Shown here: positions 20,667-30,152 of the stretch, piece after piece | Position numbering within the stretch: the first letter of the stretch is position 1 | Layout of the letters: each line of letters opens with the position of its first letter | Assembly (NCBI GenBank): GCA_903831805.1 | Contig: CAIKZD010000009.1 | Span: 217,939 to 281,938, forward strand | DNA from: an uncultured bacterium | GTDB lineage: Bacteria; Patescibacteriota; Minisyncoccia; Moranbacterales; UBA2206 | Length of the DNA: 64,000 nucleotides | Reading direction: 5' to 3' | Notes under the pieces: model-generated | The model's input: the letters and a program-made list of their open reading frames with translations, nothing else | What the model was told of the DNA's origin: nothing | Databases searched by the model: none | Program-made: the position numbers and the translations under genes

Positions 20667-21022
20667 AGGTAAATCTATAAGCCGGATTCTGTCGAGCCTG
20701 CCTCATCGGCAGACAAGAATAGTCATTTATCTAGCTCCATAATTACTCATGGAGTCATGCGGCACTTTCTGTAATTACGTAAATTACAGAACACGGCCTT
20801 GCACTCACGTAGGGATTTAGCCGTTTCACTTCTTATGTTTCCATAAGAACTTATCCCGAAGGATATTCTTATTATTGCTAATAAGAACGTCTCTGCTCGC
20901 ACCCCGCAAATTACTTTGGATGGGAATTACCCACTACGCTTTCCGCCTTGCGACGAAAAAGTGTCCGGACTTTCCTCCCCAACATTACTGCCAGGGCAAC
21001 TATTCGATTTACCTTGATAAAT
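20667..21022 (-). ncRNA. rnpB: RNase P RNA (bacterial type A)
   Basis: The minus strand contains GGAGGAAAGTCCGGAC (P4 5' strand) and ACAGAATCCGGCTTA (P4 3' strand). The termini caaggtaaatc / gatttaccttg form an 11-bp P1 helix. Length about 355 nt with no ORF. Confidence 0.8.
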
Positions 21023-21246
21023 AACTAAAAACACAACTTCAGGTACGATGCTCAATTATACTCCCTTTTTAGGCTTTTGTCAAAGGTAAATTAGGTTTAT
21101 TGCTTAAAATAAAGCTTTTTTATCATAATATTCACACCCCCACCTTGCCTGATATTAGCATAATTCATACAAACTGTAAAATAAAAAATAGCCGGACATG
21201 CTCAACGCGTCAGACTATTTTCTCCTGATACTTATCTTATTCGTTC

Positions 21247-23973
21247 TTATCCCAAATTCCCCAACAATTCTTTCTGTCCTTCCAGCTTTTCTTGATATTC
21301 TTTCAGTCTGGATTTATTCTGCGCCACAATTTCTTTCGGCGCGCTGGCGGTGAATTTTTTGTTGGCCAAAAGTCCCTCTGTGTTTGAAACTAATTTTGTT
21401 AGATTTTCGATTTCTTTTTGCAATCTGACTTTTTCTTTTTCCGTGTCGATCAGTTCCGCAATGTCTATTCCTAGATCGGATATCTTTACCAAAGATTTTC
21501 CTACGGAGGCTAACCCTCCAATTGGAGGTTTAGCCTCCAATATTTTCACCCGCGCTAGCTTCTCGATGATGCCCTGGTTAGCGACTTTTCCGTAAGCCGT
21601 AATGACACGCACCGGATCAATCTTATAACTCGAACGCAAATTCCTAATCTGACCGACAGTTTTTTGCAGCTTCTCAAATTCTTTCTCAGATTTTTTATCA
21701 ATTAGTTTCTTGTCACTCACTGGCCATTTAGAAACCATCAGAAGATCAAGGTTCGACCTTTGGCGCGCCAAAGGTCGAACCTTTGGAGACATTTTATCCG
21801 CCGATGAGGCGGGCATATCGGTCCATATTTTTTCCGTCACGAACGGCGCGAACGGATGGGTCAGTTTCAAAATCTTGTCCAAGACATAGCCCAGCACTTT
21901 TTCATTCTTTTCAATCTTGTTCGTTTCCAAGTACCAATCCGCCAGATCATTCCAGATGAAGTTTTGCAGCTTCTCTCCCGCCAAGGAAAATTTATATCCC
22001 TCCAGATCATTGGTCAGTCCAGCAATTAGGATATTCGACTTGCTCACAATCCACTTGTCGGCCAAGGTCTTGATGTCTTTCGGGTTTATTTTTTCCACCA
22101 GCTGCATGTCCGGATGAGTCGTGGCCGCATAGCGGTAGATGTTCCAGAGTTTAGTCACAAAATTGCGGAAAGATTCAATTTTTTCTTCCGAGATCCGCAC
22201 ATCGTTGCCTGGGGTGGAACCAATAAGCAACGCCAAGCGTACGGCGTCCGTGCCGAATTTTTCAATCATGTCCAAGGGATCAATGCCATTGCCTTTCGAC
22301 TTAGACATTTTCTTGCCGAACTTGTCCAAAACCATGCCGTGCAGATAAACATTTTCAAATGGAATTTCTCCCACCGCAAACAGTGACATCATGATCATGC
22401 GCGACACCCAGAGTGTAATAATTTCATAACCGGTTTCCAGCACTTGCGTCGGATGGAATTTTTTCAAGTCACCCGATTTTTCATTCTTCTTGAAATTATT
22501 AGGCCAACCCAAAGTCGAGAATGTCCACATCCCGGAAGAAAACCAAGTATCGAGCGTGTCTGGATCTTGCGTCCAACCCTTCCCCACCGGAGGATTATCC
22601 CCAACGTAAACTTCCTCCCCTGTACGGAGGGGCTTTACCCCCTCTCCTGTATTCAGGAGAGGGCTGGGGTGAGGTTCTGAACTCCGATACCACACCGGAA
22701 TCTCATGCCCGAACCAGATTTGTCTTGAGATGCACCAATCATGCAAATTTTCCATCCAATCGGTATAGCGTTTAGCGAAACGGAGCGGAATGAACTGAAT
22801 TTTTTTCTGCTTGGCCACTTCCAAAGCCTTTTCTTTCAAAGATTTATTGCCTAGACGTTTCAGTTTTTTGTCCACCGCCACAAACCACTGCTTCGACGGC
22901 AATGGTTCCACGGCGGTGCCGCAACGATAGCAAGTCGACAAATTATTCTCCATCTCTTCTTCTTTTTCCAAAAGACCTGCCTTTTTTAATTCGGAAACGA
23001 CTAGCTCGCGCGCTTCTAGCGCCGTGCGACCACTAAACTGGCCGAAATTATTTTTAATCTTACCATCCTCGTCGATGACTTTCACGATTGGAAGCGCATT
23101 TTTTTCCGCCATCTGCCAGTCCACCATGGAATGCGCCGGGGTCACGCCGAGCGCACCGGTGCCAAAATCTTTTTCCACGTTGCGATCAGCGATGATTTTT
23201 ATTTTCAAAGGTACGCCGAAAAAGTCCACCTCAATTATTTGACCGATGAATTTTTTGTATCTTTCATCTTTCGGGTTCACCGCCACCGCCGTGTCCCCTA
23301 GTTTGGTTTCCGGCCGCGTGGTAGCGATAGCAATCGGAAAGTTTTTAGCATATTTAAAAGTGTAAAGTTTGGTCTTTTGGTTTTCATATTCCAACTCATC
23401 ATCCGCCAAAGTCGAATGGCAGCGCGGACACCAATTCACAATTCTTTCTCCGCGATAAATTACGCCTTCGTTGTACATATCGATAAACATCTTTTTGACC
23501 GCCACTTTTCTTTCTTCATCCATCGTAAAAGCTTCGCGCGACCAATCCAGCGATGCCCCCATTTTCCTGGTCTGGCCCAGAATAGTTTTTTGCGTCACGT
23601 GCAAAAATTTCCAAATCTCTTCCAAAAATTTTTTCCGTCCCAAATCATGCCTGGTTTTCCCGGTTTCTTTCAGAAGTTTTCTCTCCACTACATTATGCGT
23701 CGCAATGGCCGCATGATCCGTCCCTGGCAGCCACAGTGTCCGATAGCCTTTCATCCGATGGAAGCGGATGAGCAGATCCTGGATGGCCAACATCGAAGAA
23801 TGACCGAGATGCAATTTATCGGTGATATTAGGCGGCGGCAAAATAATCGTATACGGCTTGGCATTCTTCGGCAATTTCAAATTATCCGGGTTGAAAAAAC
23901 CGCTCTTTTCCCAAAGCTTATAAATCTTGTCCTCGTATTTTTTTGGTTCGTACGTTTTTGGAATTTCGCGCAT
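21247..23973 (-). CDS. valS: valyl-tRNA synthetase
   Basis: HLGH (HIGH-class) and KMSKS motifs, 908 aa, C-terminal coiled coil. Contains two in-frame repeat insertions. Confidence 0.95.
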   Translation of the reverse strand: MREIPKTYEPKKYEDKIYKLWEKSGFFNPDNLKLPKNAKPYTIILPPPNITDKLHLGHSSMLAIQDLLIRFHRMKGYRTLWLPGTDHAAIATHNVVERKLLKETGKTRHDLGRKKFLEEIWKFLHVTQKTILGQTRKMGASLDWSREAFTMDEERKVAVKKMFIDMYNEGVIYRGERIVNWCPRCHSTLADDELEYENQKTKLYTFKYAKNFPIAIATTRPETKLGDTAVAVNPKDERYKKFIGQIIEVDFFGVPLKIKIIADRNVEKDFGTGALGVTPAHSMVDWQMAEKNALPIVKVIDEDGKIKNNFGQFSGRTALEARELVVSELKKAGLLEKEEEMENNLSTCYRCGTAVEPLPSKQWFVAVDKKLKRLGNKSLKEKALEVAKQKKIQFIPLRFAKRYTDWMENLHDWCISRQIWFGHEIPVWYRSSEPHPSPLLNTGEGVKPLRTGEEVYVGDNPPVGKGWTQDPDTLDTWFSSGMWTFSTLGWPNNFKKNEKSGDLKKFHPTQVLETGYEIITLWVSRMIMMSLFAVGEIPFENVYLHGMVLDKFGKKMSKSKGNGIDPLDMIEKFGTDAVRLALLIGSTPGNDVRISEEKIESFRNFVTKLWNIYRYAATTHPDMQLVEKINPKDIKTLADKWIVSKSNILIAGLTNDLEGYKFSLAGEKLQNFIWNDLADWYLETNKIEKNEKVLGYVLDKILKLTHPFAPFVTEKIWTDMPASSADKMSPKVRPLARQRSNLDLLMVSKWPVSDKKLIDKKSEKEFEKLQKTVGQIRNLRSSYKIDPVRVITAYGKVANQGIIEKLARVKILEAKPPIGGLASVGKSLVKISDLGIDIAELIDTEKEKVRLQKEIENLTKLVSNTEGLLANKKFTASAPKEIVAQNKSRLKEYQEKLEGQKELLGNLG
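21748..21783. repeat. perfect 36-bp palindrome in-frame within valS linker
   Basis: aaggttcgacctttggcgcgccaaaggtcgaacctt equals its own reverse complement. It encodes KVRPLARQRSNL. Confidence 0.6.
22611..22670. repeat. in-frame double-hairpin intragenic element (copy 2 of 3) inside valS
   Basis: cccctctcctgtattcaggagaggg and cctcccctgtacggagggg encode SPLLNTGEGVKPLRTGEE. The modules are in swapped order relative to the lepA/pheT copies. Confidence 0.6.
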
Positions 23974-23974
23974 A

Positions 23975-26407
23975 TTATTTTCTCACTTCCACCTTCAACT
24001 CTTTCTCTAAGCTTGAAATTATTTTTTCCATCACCTTTTCCACTTCAACGCTTTCCAAGGTTTTGTCTTTGGCAGCGAGAGTGATCCGGATGGCTAAACT
24101 CTGCTTGGCTTTGAAAAAGTCAAACAGTGAAACACTGTCAATCAATTGTCCACCGATTTTTTTGGTCAGTTTCTCGATTTCACCATACGTCACAGTTTCT
24201 GGCACGATCATGGAGATGTCGCGCGTGAGCGAAGGAAATTTGTTGATGGGGTGATATTTTTTAGTTTTCGGCAACACTGCCAATAGTTTCTCCAGATCAA
24301 TTTCTGCCATAGCGACACGCTTGGTGATTTTATATTTAGCTAAAACCGCCGGATTCACTTCGCTGATCATGCCGACCGCGTGATTATATATTTTCACTTC
24401 GGCCACGCGTCCCGGATGCGCCACGGCGGATTTAGTTTCTGCGAAAGAAACTGCCACACCTTTTATGCCTAAACTTTCCAGCAGATTTTCAACTGCGCTC
24501 TTCATGCTATAGAAAGAATCTGCGTCTTTGTCTTTTTCCAGAACAGACGCCGCTACCAACATTCTTTTTTCTTCCGCCTGATTATTCTGCGGATAATAGA
24601 CTCGGCCAATTTCAAATAGATTAAAACTTTCAAAATGTTTAAGATTTTGACGGACGTTTTTCAGAAGGTTCGGAATGAGACTGGCGCGCACCAACTCTTG
24701 GTCCGGATTCATCGGATTGGCAATTTCATAATGTTTGATACCGCCTAGTCCGCAAATTTCTGCGTCGCGATTAGAATAGAAAGAATAGTTATACATTTCA
24801 TCAAACCCAAAATTGGCCAGCGTATTTTTCAGCTGACGTTCGAAAAACACTTGCTCATTTTTCTTGGCCGGTTCCACCGGTTCCAACAGCGCTTGCGGCT
24901 GGATTTTTTCATAGCCGCGCAGACGGCCGATTTCTTCGATCAAATCTTCTTGCGTCTTCAAATCAATCCGATAAGTCGGAATTTCACATACTACTTTATT
25001 CGGCTGAACGGTTGGGTGGATGTTTATACTGTTTAATATTTTAACAATTTCTTTCTGCGTAACATTTTCACCTAAAAGACTATTTACATATTCCAAATCT
25101 AATTTAATTTTCCACGGCTTGATCTTGTTCGGATAAATATCGACAACTCCTTCCAGTTTCGCATTGGCGGTGTGTTCCAAGATTTCGATAATTCTGACCA
25201 TGGCCTTTTCTGCTAAGTTTGGATCAATATCTTTTTCAAATCGATCGGACGATTCAGTCTTAATATTTAGCCTACTTCTGGATTTACGGATATTTATAGC
25301 ATGAAAATTAGCCGCTTCCAAGACAATGGTTTTCGTATTTTCATTGATGCCGGAATCTTTTCCACCCATAATCCCTGCCAACGCCAAGGGTGTTTCGCCA
25401 TTAGTGATCAGCAGATCATTCTCGTCTAAAATTATTTCGCTATCATCCAACAAAACTAGCTTTTCTTTATCCTTAGCTCTCCTAACTACAATTTCCGTTT
25501 TTTTGTTTTTATGATTTTGGATTTGTTCCGCATCAAAAGCGTGCATCGGTTGCCCGAGTTCCAGCATCACATAATTGGTCGCATCCACGACATTGTTAAT
25601 GGCTTTGATGCCGCAAGTTTTCAATCGATCTTGCATCCACTCCGGCGACGGTTTGATCTCAACATTCTCCATCACGGTGCCGATGTAACGCGGACATAGT
25701 TTCTTGTCTTTGATCACTACGGATAATTTTTTGGATTTTTTAGCCGACAATTTTAATTCGTCGAAATCATAATCAAATTTTTTGCCTTCCAACGCCGCCA
25801 TTTCCCGCGCCACGCCCACATGACTCATCGCATCATGTGCCCGGTCCGGCAAAACTTTGATTTCAAAAACCGTATCCGCCTCGCCAAAATATTGTGCCAA
25901 TGGTTGACCGACTTTAGCAGATTTATCTAAGATGAGAATTCCGCTATGATCCTCGCCCAGTCCCAGTTCATCCTTGGCGCAGAGCATCCCGAATGATTTT
26001 TCGCCGCGAATTTCAGTGGCTTTGATTTCTGTTCCATTTGGCAATTTAGCACCGACAAGTGCCACTGGCACTTTTTGGCCAACTGCAATATTGGGCGCGC
26101 CACAGACAATCAAAAGTCCATCCTTATCACCCTCTCCTGTACTCAGGGGAGGTGTCCCGTACCCGGTACGGAGGGGTTGTGCGCCGCCTACGTCCACCCT
26201 CGCAATCTGTAATTTATCCGCGTTCGGATGCTTTTTGACTTCCAAAATTTTCCCGACCGCCACACCTTCAAACTCTTGGCCGGCTTTTTCCAAACCTTCC
26301 AATTCAAAAGCATGCATCGTCAAAACATCCGCCGCCTTTTCCGGTGACAGTTTTGTGCCTGATAATTCTTTGAGCCAATTATAGCTATATTTCATATTTT
26401 TAATCAA
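23975..26407 (-). CDS. pheT: phenylalanyl-tRNA synthetase beta subunit
   Basis: 810 aa with a canonical PheT N-terminus (MKYSYNWLKEL), tRNA-binding, B3/B4 and FDX-ACB domains. Confidence 0.95.
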   Translation of the reverse strand: MIKNMKYSYNWLKELSGTKLSPEKAADVLTMHAFELEGLEKAGQEFEGVAVGKILEVKKHPNADKLQIARVDVGGAQPLRTGYGTPPLSTGEGDKDGLLIVCGAPNIAVGQKVPVALVGAKLPNGTEIKATEIRGEKSFGMLCAKDELGLGEDHSGILILDKSAKVGQPLAQYFGEADTVFEIKVLPDRAHDAMSHVGVAREMAALEGKKFDYDFDELKLSAKKSKKLSVVIKDKKLCPRYIGTVMENVEIKPSPEWMQDRLKTCGIKAINNVVDATNYVMLELGQPMHAFDAEQIQNHKNKKTEIVVRRAKDKEKLVLLDDSEIILDENDLLITNGETPLALAGIMGGKDSGINENTKTIVLEAANFHAINIRKSRSRLNIKTESSDRFEKDIDPNLAEKAMVRIIEILEHTANAKLEGVVDIYPNKIKPWKIKLDLEYVNSLLGENVTQKEIVKILNSINIHPTVQPNKVVCEIPTYRIDLKTQEDLIEEIGRLRGYEKIQPQALLEPVEPAKKNEQVFFERQLKNTLANFGFDEMYNYSFYSNRDAEICGLGGIKHYEIANPMNPDQELVRASLIPNLLKNVRQNLKHFESFNLFEIGRVYYPQNNQAEEKRMLVAASVLEKDKDADSFYSMKSAVENLLESLGIKGVAVSFAETKSAVAHPGRVAEVKIYNHAVGMISEVNPAVLAKYKITKRVAMAEIDLEKLLAVLPKTKKYHPINKFPSLTRDISMIVPETVTYGEIEKLTKKIGGQLIDSVSLFDFFKAKQSLAIRITLAAKDKTLESVEVEKVMEKIISSLEKELKVEVRK
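26128..26180. repeat. in-frame double-hairpin intragenic element (copy 3 of 3) inside pheT
   Basis: caccctctcctgtactcaggggaggtgtcccgtacccggtacggaggggttg encodes QPLRTGYGTPPLSTGEGDK. It is a clean roughly 17-aa insertion relative to the canonical ..VGG....L.IVCGAPN.. region. Confidence 0.6.
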
Positions 26408-26910
26408 TATTTCTTTAAAATTGCGAAGTGCGCTGGCATACTAATGGTATATTTTTGCGGATATAGCATTAAGTTCTTCTCAAATTCATCTTTGTCCATC
26501 CATATCACTTCATCCACCTCATCTTTTTGAATTGTAAGATTACTAATATCCAAATCTTCTTTCAATAAATACCATTGGCAGAAAAAATTGTGTTTGACAT
26601 TTGGCACTCTAATCTTATCTATTTTTTTAAAATTATACTTTTTTAAATCAACTCCTATTTCTTCCTGAGTTTCTTTCAATATGTTATCCATGTAATCTTC
26701 ACCTTGAGCCACGGTGCCAGACACTGCTGGACCCCATCTTCCAGGATCATTTTTTTTATTAGCACTTCTCTTGGAAATCAAAATCTGATTTTTGGAATTA
26801 ACAATCCATAACGCTGAAACCCGATAAATATCGACTAGCTGAATTTCAGATCTTTCCTTGGCTCCGATTGGATTATCTTCATTATCGACAATAACACTCT
26901 TTTCACCCAT
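26404..26910 (-). CDS. NUDIX hydrolase
   Basis: Nudix box GTVAQGEDYMDNILKETQEEIGV. Confidence 0.75.
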   Translation of the reverse strand: MGEKSVIVDNEDNPIGAKERSEIQLVDIYRVSALWIVNSKNQILISKRSANKKNDPGRWGPAVSGTVAQGEDYMDNILKETQEEIGVDLKKYNFKKIDKIRVPNVKHNFFCQWYLLKEDLDISNLTIQKDEVDEVIWMDKDEFEKNLMLYPQKYTISMPAHFAILKKY

Positions 26911-26924
26911 ATTTTATAAATAAA

Positions 26925-27941
26925 CTAGAATTGTTTTATGAATCGCAAATCCCCCGAGTGAAAAAGCCTCACGTCATCAATCTTATATTTCATCATCGCC
27001 AAACGTTCAAAGCCGAAGCCCCAGGCGAAACCTTGATACTTATTCCGCGGATAGCCCGCAGCCACAAAGACATTTTGATTGACCATGCCGGCGCCGCCTA
27101 GTTCCAGCCAGCCCCCACCGCGACAGCCTTTGCAGCCAGTTCCGCCGCACATCGTACAAGTGATGTCAAACTCAAAACTCGGTTCGGTGAACGGGAAATA
27201 GCTGGGACGCAGCCGCACTTTGACATCGGTCTGAAAAAATTCCGAGAAAAAAACTTCCGCGACATGTTTCAAGTTGCCCACATTCACTTTCTCTCCCACC
27301 ACCAGCGCTTCGAATTGATAGAAAGTGTGTTCGTGTGTGGCGTCCGTCGCTTCATTACGGAAAACTTTTCCCGGGGCAATGATGCGGAACGGTGGTTTAT
27401 GCAATTGCATATATCTAGCTTGCACCGCCGAAGTTTGAGAGCGCATAGTCAGGTTTTCACCTTTTACAAAAAAAGTGTCTTGCATATCACGCGCCGGATG
27501 ATCAGCTGGAATATTCAAAGCATCAAAATTATAGAAATCAGTTTCCACTTCCGGTCCGTCGGCAATTTCAAAACCCATGCCAGTGAAAATATCTTCGATT
27601 TCCGCGCGCACAATGGAAATCGGATTCAAATGCCCGATGTTTTGTTTTTGGCCGGGCAACGTCACATCTATTTTTTCTTCCGCCAAATTTTGTTGGCCGG
27701 ACAGCGCTTGGCGCTTGGCTTCAATCAGGGCGGCGATTTCATTTTTCGTGTTGTTGGCGAGTGGTCCGATTGCTTGGCGCTCGCTCGGCGTCAAATTCTT
27801 GAGGTTTTTCAGGATTTCATTGAATTCGCTCTTGCGCCCGGCATATTTCTTCTCTAACTCAAAAAGCGCGTCAACTGTGGTGACCTTCTCTATTTCCTCC
27901 AAAAACTGCTTTTTTAAGCCGGCTATTTTTTGCGTAGTCAT
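26925..27941 (-). CDS. pheS: phenylalanyl-tRNA synthetase alpha subunit
   Basis: Class II motifs (FRIIAPGKVFRNE; GFAWGFGFERLAM). Confidence 0.95.
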   Translation of the reverse strand: MTTQKIAGLKKQFLEEIEKVTTVDALFELEKKYAGRKSEFNEILKNLKNLTPSERQAIGPLANNTKNEIAALIEAKRQALSGQQNLAEEKIDVTLPGQKQNIGHLNPISIVRAEIEDIFTGMGFEIADGPEVETDFYNFDALNIPADHPARDMQDTFFVKGENLTMRSQTSAVQARYMQLHKPPFRIIAPGKVFRNEATDATHEHTFYQFEALVVGEKVNVGNLKHVAEVFFSEFFQTDVKVRLRPSYFPFTEPSFEFDITCTMCGGTGCKGCRGGGWLELGGAGMVNQNVFVAAGYPRNKYQGFAWGFGFERLAMMKYKIDDVRLFHSGDLRFIKQF

Positions 27942-28151
27942 TGATTTTTATTCCTAATAAGCTATTTTATCCTGCTTCTATTCTATAATTTAACCTTAAA
28001 AAAGTCAAAAAATAATTCAAGCAGTCCCACCGCCATAAATATTCGAGTGTTGATAACTTTTCTTGACAAAGAGCTCTTCCGATGATAGTCTAAAAAGTTC
28101 CAAAAACATCAGTTCTTTCCATCAATAATACTTTCAAAAAAGGAGATTCTC

Positions 28152-28532
28152 ATGTCATCACTCATAAAATTCCCGGGAAGATTCATGGGAAAATTGAGTG
28201 AAGAAGAAATTCTCCGCTCAATTAAAGAACTAGTCCTCATCAAGAGGAGCAACTCGATACTAATCATTTTTTCGAAAAAAATTAAATGGTTTGATATCGA
28301 AAAATTCTCCCGCTATTTCGCAGTCTATTTCAGCCGCAAAGGTAAGGAAAAATTTTATTTATCAATGCCGTTGGTCGATGTAAGTACGAGAAACAACAGA
28401 CATGCCTTGGAAATGAATTTGTCTCTACCCAAAAAAGGGAGTAACATCACGCATATCTTATGCAAAACAGATAAAGTGATGTTCGTCCATGTCGCAACTG
28501 ACAAAGGCATGGAGTTCAACTTCAACCCATAA
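28152..28532 (+). CDS. hypothetical protein
   Basis: SD aaaaaggaga upstream of the ATG. 126 aa with no recognisable motifs. Confidence 0.5.
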   Translation: MSSLIKFPGRFMGKLSEEEILRSIKELVLIKRSNSILIIFSKKIKWFDIEKFSRYFAVYFSRKGKEKFYLSMPLVDVSTRNNRHALEMNLSLPKKGSNITHILCKTDKVMFVHVATDKGMEFNFNP

Positions 28533-28536
28533 ACAA

Positions 28537-28569
28537 AGCGATGCTCACTCATGTGAACATCGCTTTTTA
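28537..28569 (+). terminator. rho-independent terminator
   Basis: agcgatg...catcgct hairpin followed by ttttt. Confidence 0.5.
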
Positions 28570-28592
28570 TAATTGTTCGGCTTCCATCACAA

Positions 28593-29228
28593 CTAGGCCT
28601 GTTCAATATCCTTCTTTAACATTTCGATTACCAACTTGCTATCTTTGACCGCTTCCTCATCAACCGCATTAATATTATCCCAAACGCTTATCGCCATAAC
28701 CATTTCGTTTTTCACTTTCTGAACTTCCTCCAGGCGACCACTTTCAATTGTCATTCTGGCAACATCATTAAGTTTTAATGAAAGCCCTCTTAAATATTCC
28801 TTGGCACCTGGCGACATCAATATTTTTGCAATTTCAAATGATCCGCCTTCAGACAAGATTTTTTCCGCTATTTTCAAAAGTTTCAAGGATTTTTCCATAT
28901 TGCCTATATCCATCTTATCTTTTCCTTTGTCTGTAGGATATTCTTGGATATGTTCGATATGTTCATCCATCAGAGCGATCATGCCCTTGATTTTCTCTAT
29001 AGAAGGGCTCCCTGCCAACATTTCTTCCGCTTGCTCCAGGTTCTTATTTGTGACGCTCCGGACTATCTGCTCTTGGCCAATGATGTCTCCGTCAAGCACA
29101 GACTCTCTGCCTTTGGTAGCTTCCGTTACTAGTGATTTTTCCTTCCTCTTCGCCTGAGCAGCTATAAATCTTTTTCTTTCTTCAGGATCATCGGCAAAGA
29201 CCCCGAATTTTGGCATTTCACTTATCAT
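28593..29228 (-). CDS. hypothetical all-alpha protein
   Basis: 211 aa, convergent with the previous gene, no recognisable motifs. Confidence 0.5.
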   Translation of the reverse strand: MISEMPKFGVFADDPEERKRFIAAQAKRKEKSLVTEATKGRESVLDGDIIGQEQIVRSVTNKNLEQAEEMLAGSPSIEKIKGMIALMDEHIEHIQEYPTDKGKDKMDIGNMEKSLKLLKIAEKILSEGGSFEIAKILMSPGAKEYLRGLSLKLNDVARMTIESGRLEEVQKVKNEMVMAISVWDNINAVDEEAVKDSKLVIEMLKKDIEQA

Positions 29229-29303
29229 ATTTTTTTTATTAAAAAATAATTAATTTATTTTTTTACTTTAATGTGATTATACATTAACCTCTAAAAATGA
29301 CAA

Positions 29304-29996
29304 TTACAATCCCAAGTCCTCTAAAAGTTCTTTCAGTTCGTCTTTTCTGATCGGGCGATATTGGCCTTCGCCAAGACTCCCCAATTGCACGTTCATGATT
29401 CTCACGCGGTTCAAATCCACGACGCGATAACTCAAAGCGGAACACATGCGCCGAATCTGGCGCTTTTTTCCTTCAGTCAGAGTGATGGAAAAAAAATCCG
29501 GTGATTCTTTTTTGATGATACACTTCTTCGTGCGATAACCATCGTCCAATTTCACGCCGTCCCCCATCCGTTTGATGAATTCTTTCGTAATCGGACGATT
29601 CACCTGCACCACATATTTTTTCTCATGTTCATAATCCGGGTTCAAAAGCTTATCCGTCATGCGCCCGTCGTTGGTGAGAATGATCAGGCCACGGGAATCT
29701 TTGTCCAACCGCCCAAGCGGAAAAACTTTTTCCGGAAATTTCACCGCTTCCAAAATGCCCTGCTCGCCTTTTTGCGGACTGTGCGTCACGATGCCGGTCG
29801 GCTTGTTAAGGGCATAATAGACACATTTTTTCTGATTGGAAAAAGTGACTTCATCGGTTTCATTCACCATATCGCCCAGTTTGGCTTTTTTGCCATTAAG
29901 TTTGACCAACCCGCCTTCAATCAACTCGTCCGCTTCGCGCCGGCTGGCGACATTCTGACTGGCTAAATATTTATTGATTCTGATGGGAAATTCCAT
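29304..29996 (-). CDS. rRNA pseudouridine synthase (RsuA/RluB family) with S4 domain
   Basis: S4 domain at the N-terminus and the catalytic motif RLDKDSRGLIILTNDG. Confidence 0.8.
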   Translation of the reverse strand: MEFPIRINKYLASQNVASRREADELIEGGLVKLNGKKAKLGDMVNETDEVTFSNQKKCVYYALNKPTGIVTHSPQKGEQGILEAVKFPEKVFPLGRLDKDSRGLIILTNDGRMTDKLLNPDYEHEKKYVVQVNRPITKEFIKRMGDGVKLDDGYRTKKCIIKKESPDFFSITLTEGKKRQIRRMCSALSYRVVDLNRVRIMNVQLGSLGEGQYRPIRKDELKELLEDLGL

Positions 29997-30086
29997 AGTT
30001 TTAGAAAATAGTCTTAATTGTTGCGTCTGGGAATAATAGCACGCACAAATGCGCCGTCAAATATATGCAAAATAGTTTCCAGCGCA

Positions 30087-30115
30087 GTAGAGACGCAGCA
30101 CTGCTGCGTCTCTAC
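30087..30115. repeat. palindromic hairpin gtagagacgcagc-a-ctgctgcgtctctac (second copy of the 16064 element)
   Basis: 29-bp near-perfect palindrome sharing a 24-nt core with the hairpin at 16064. Confidence 0.45.
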
Positions 30116-30152
30116 TTTACACTAAAATAATCCCCTGAAATAATATTTGACT

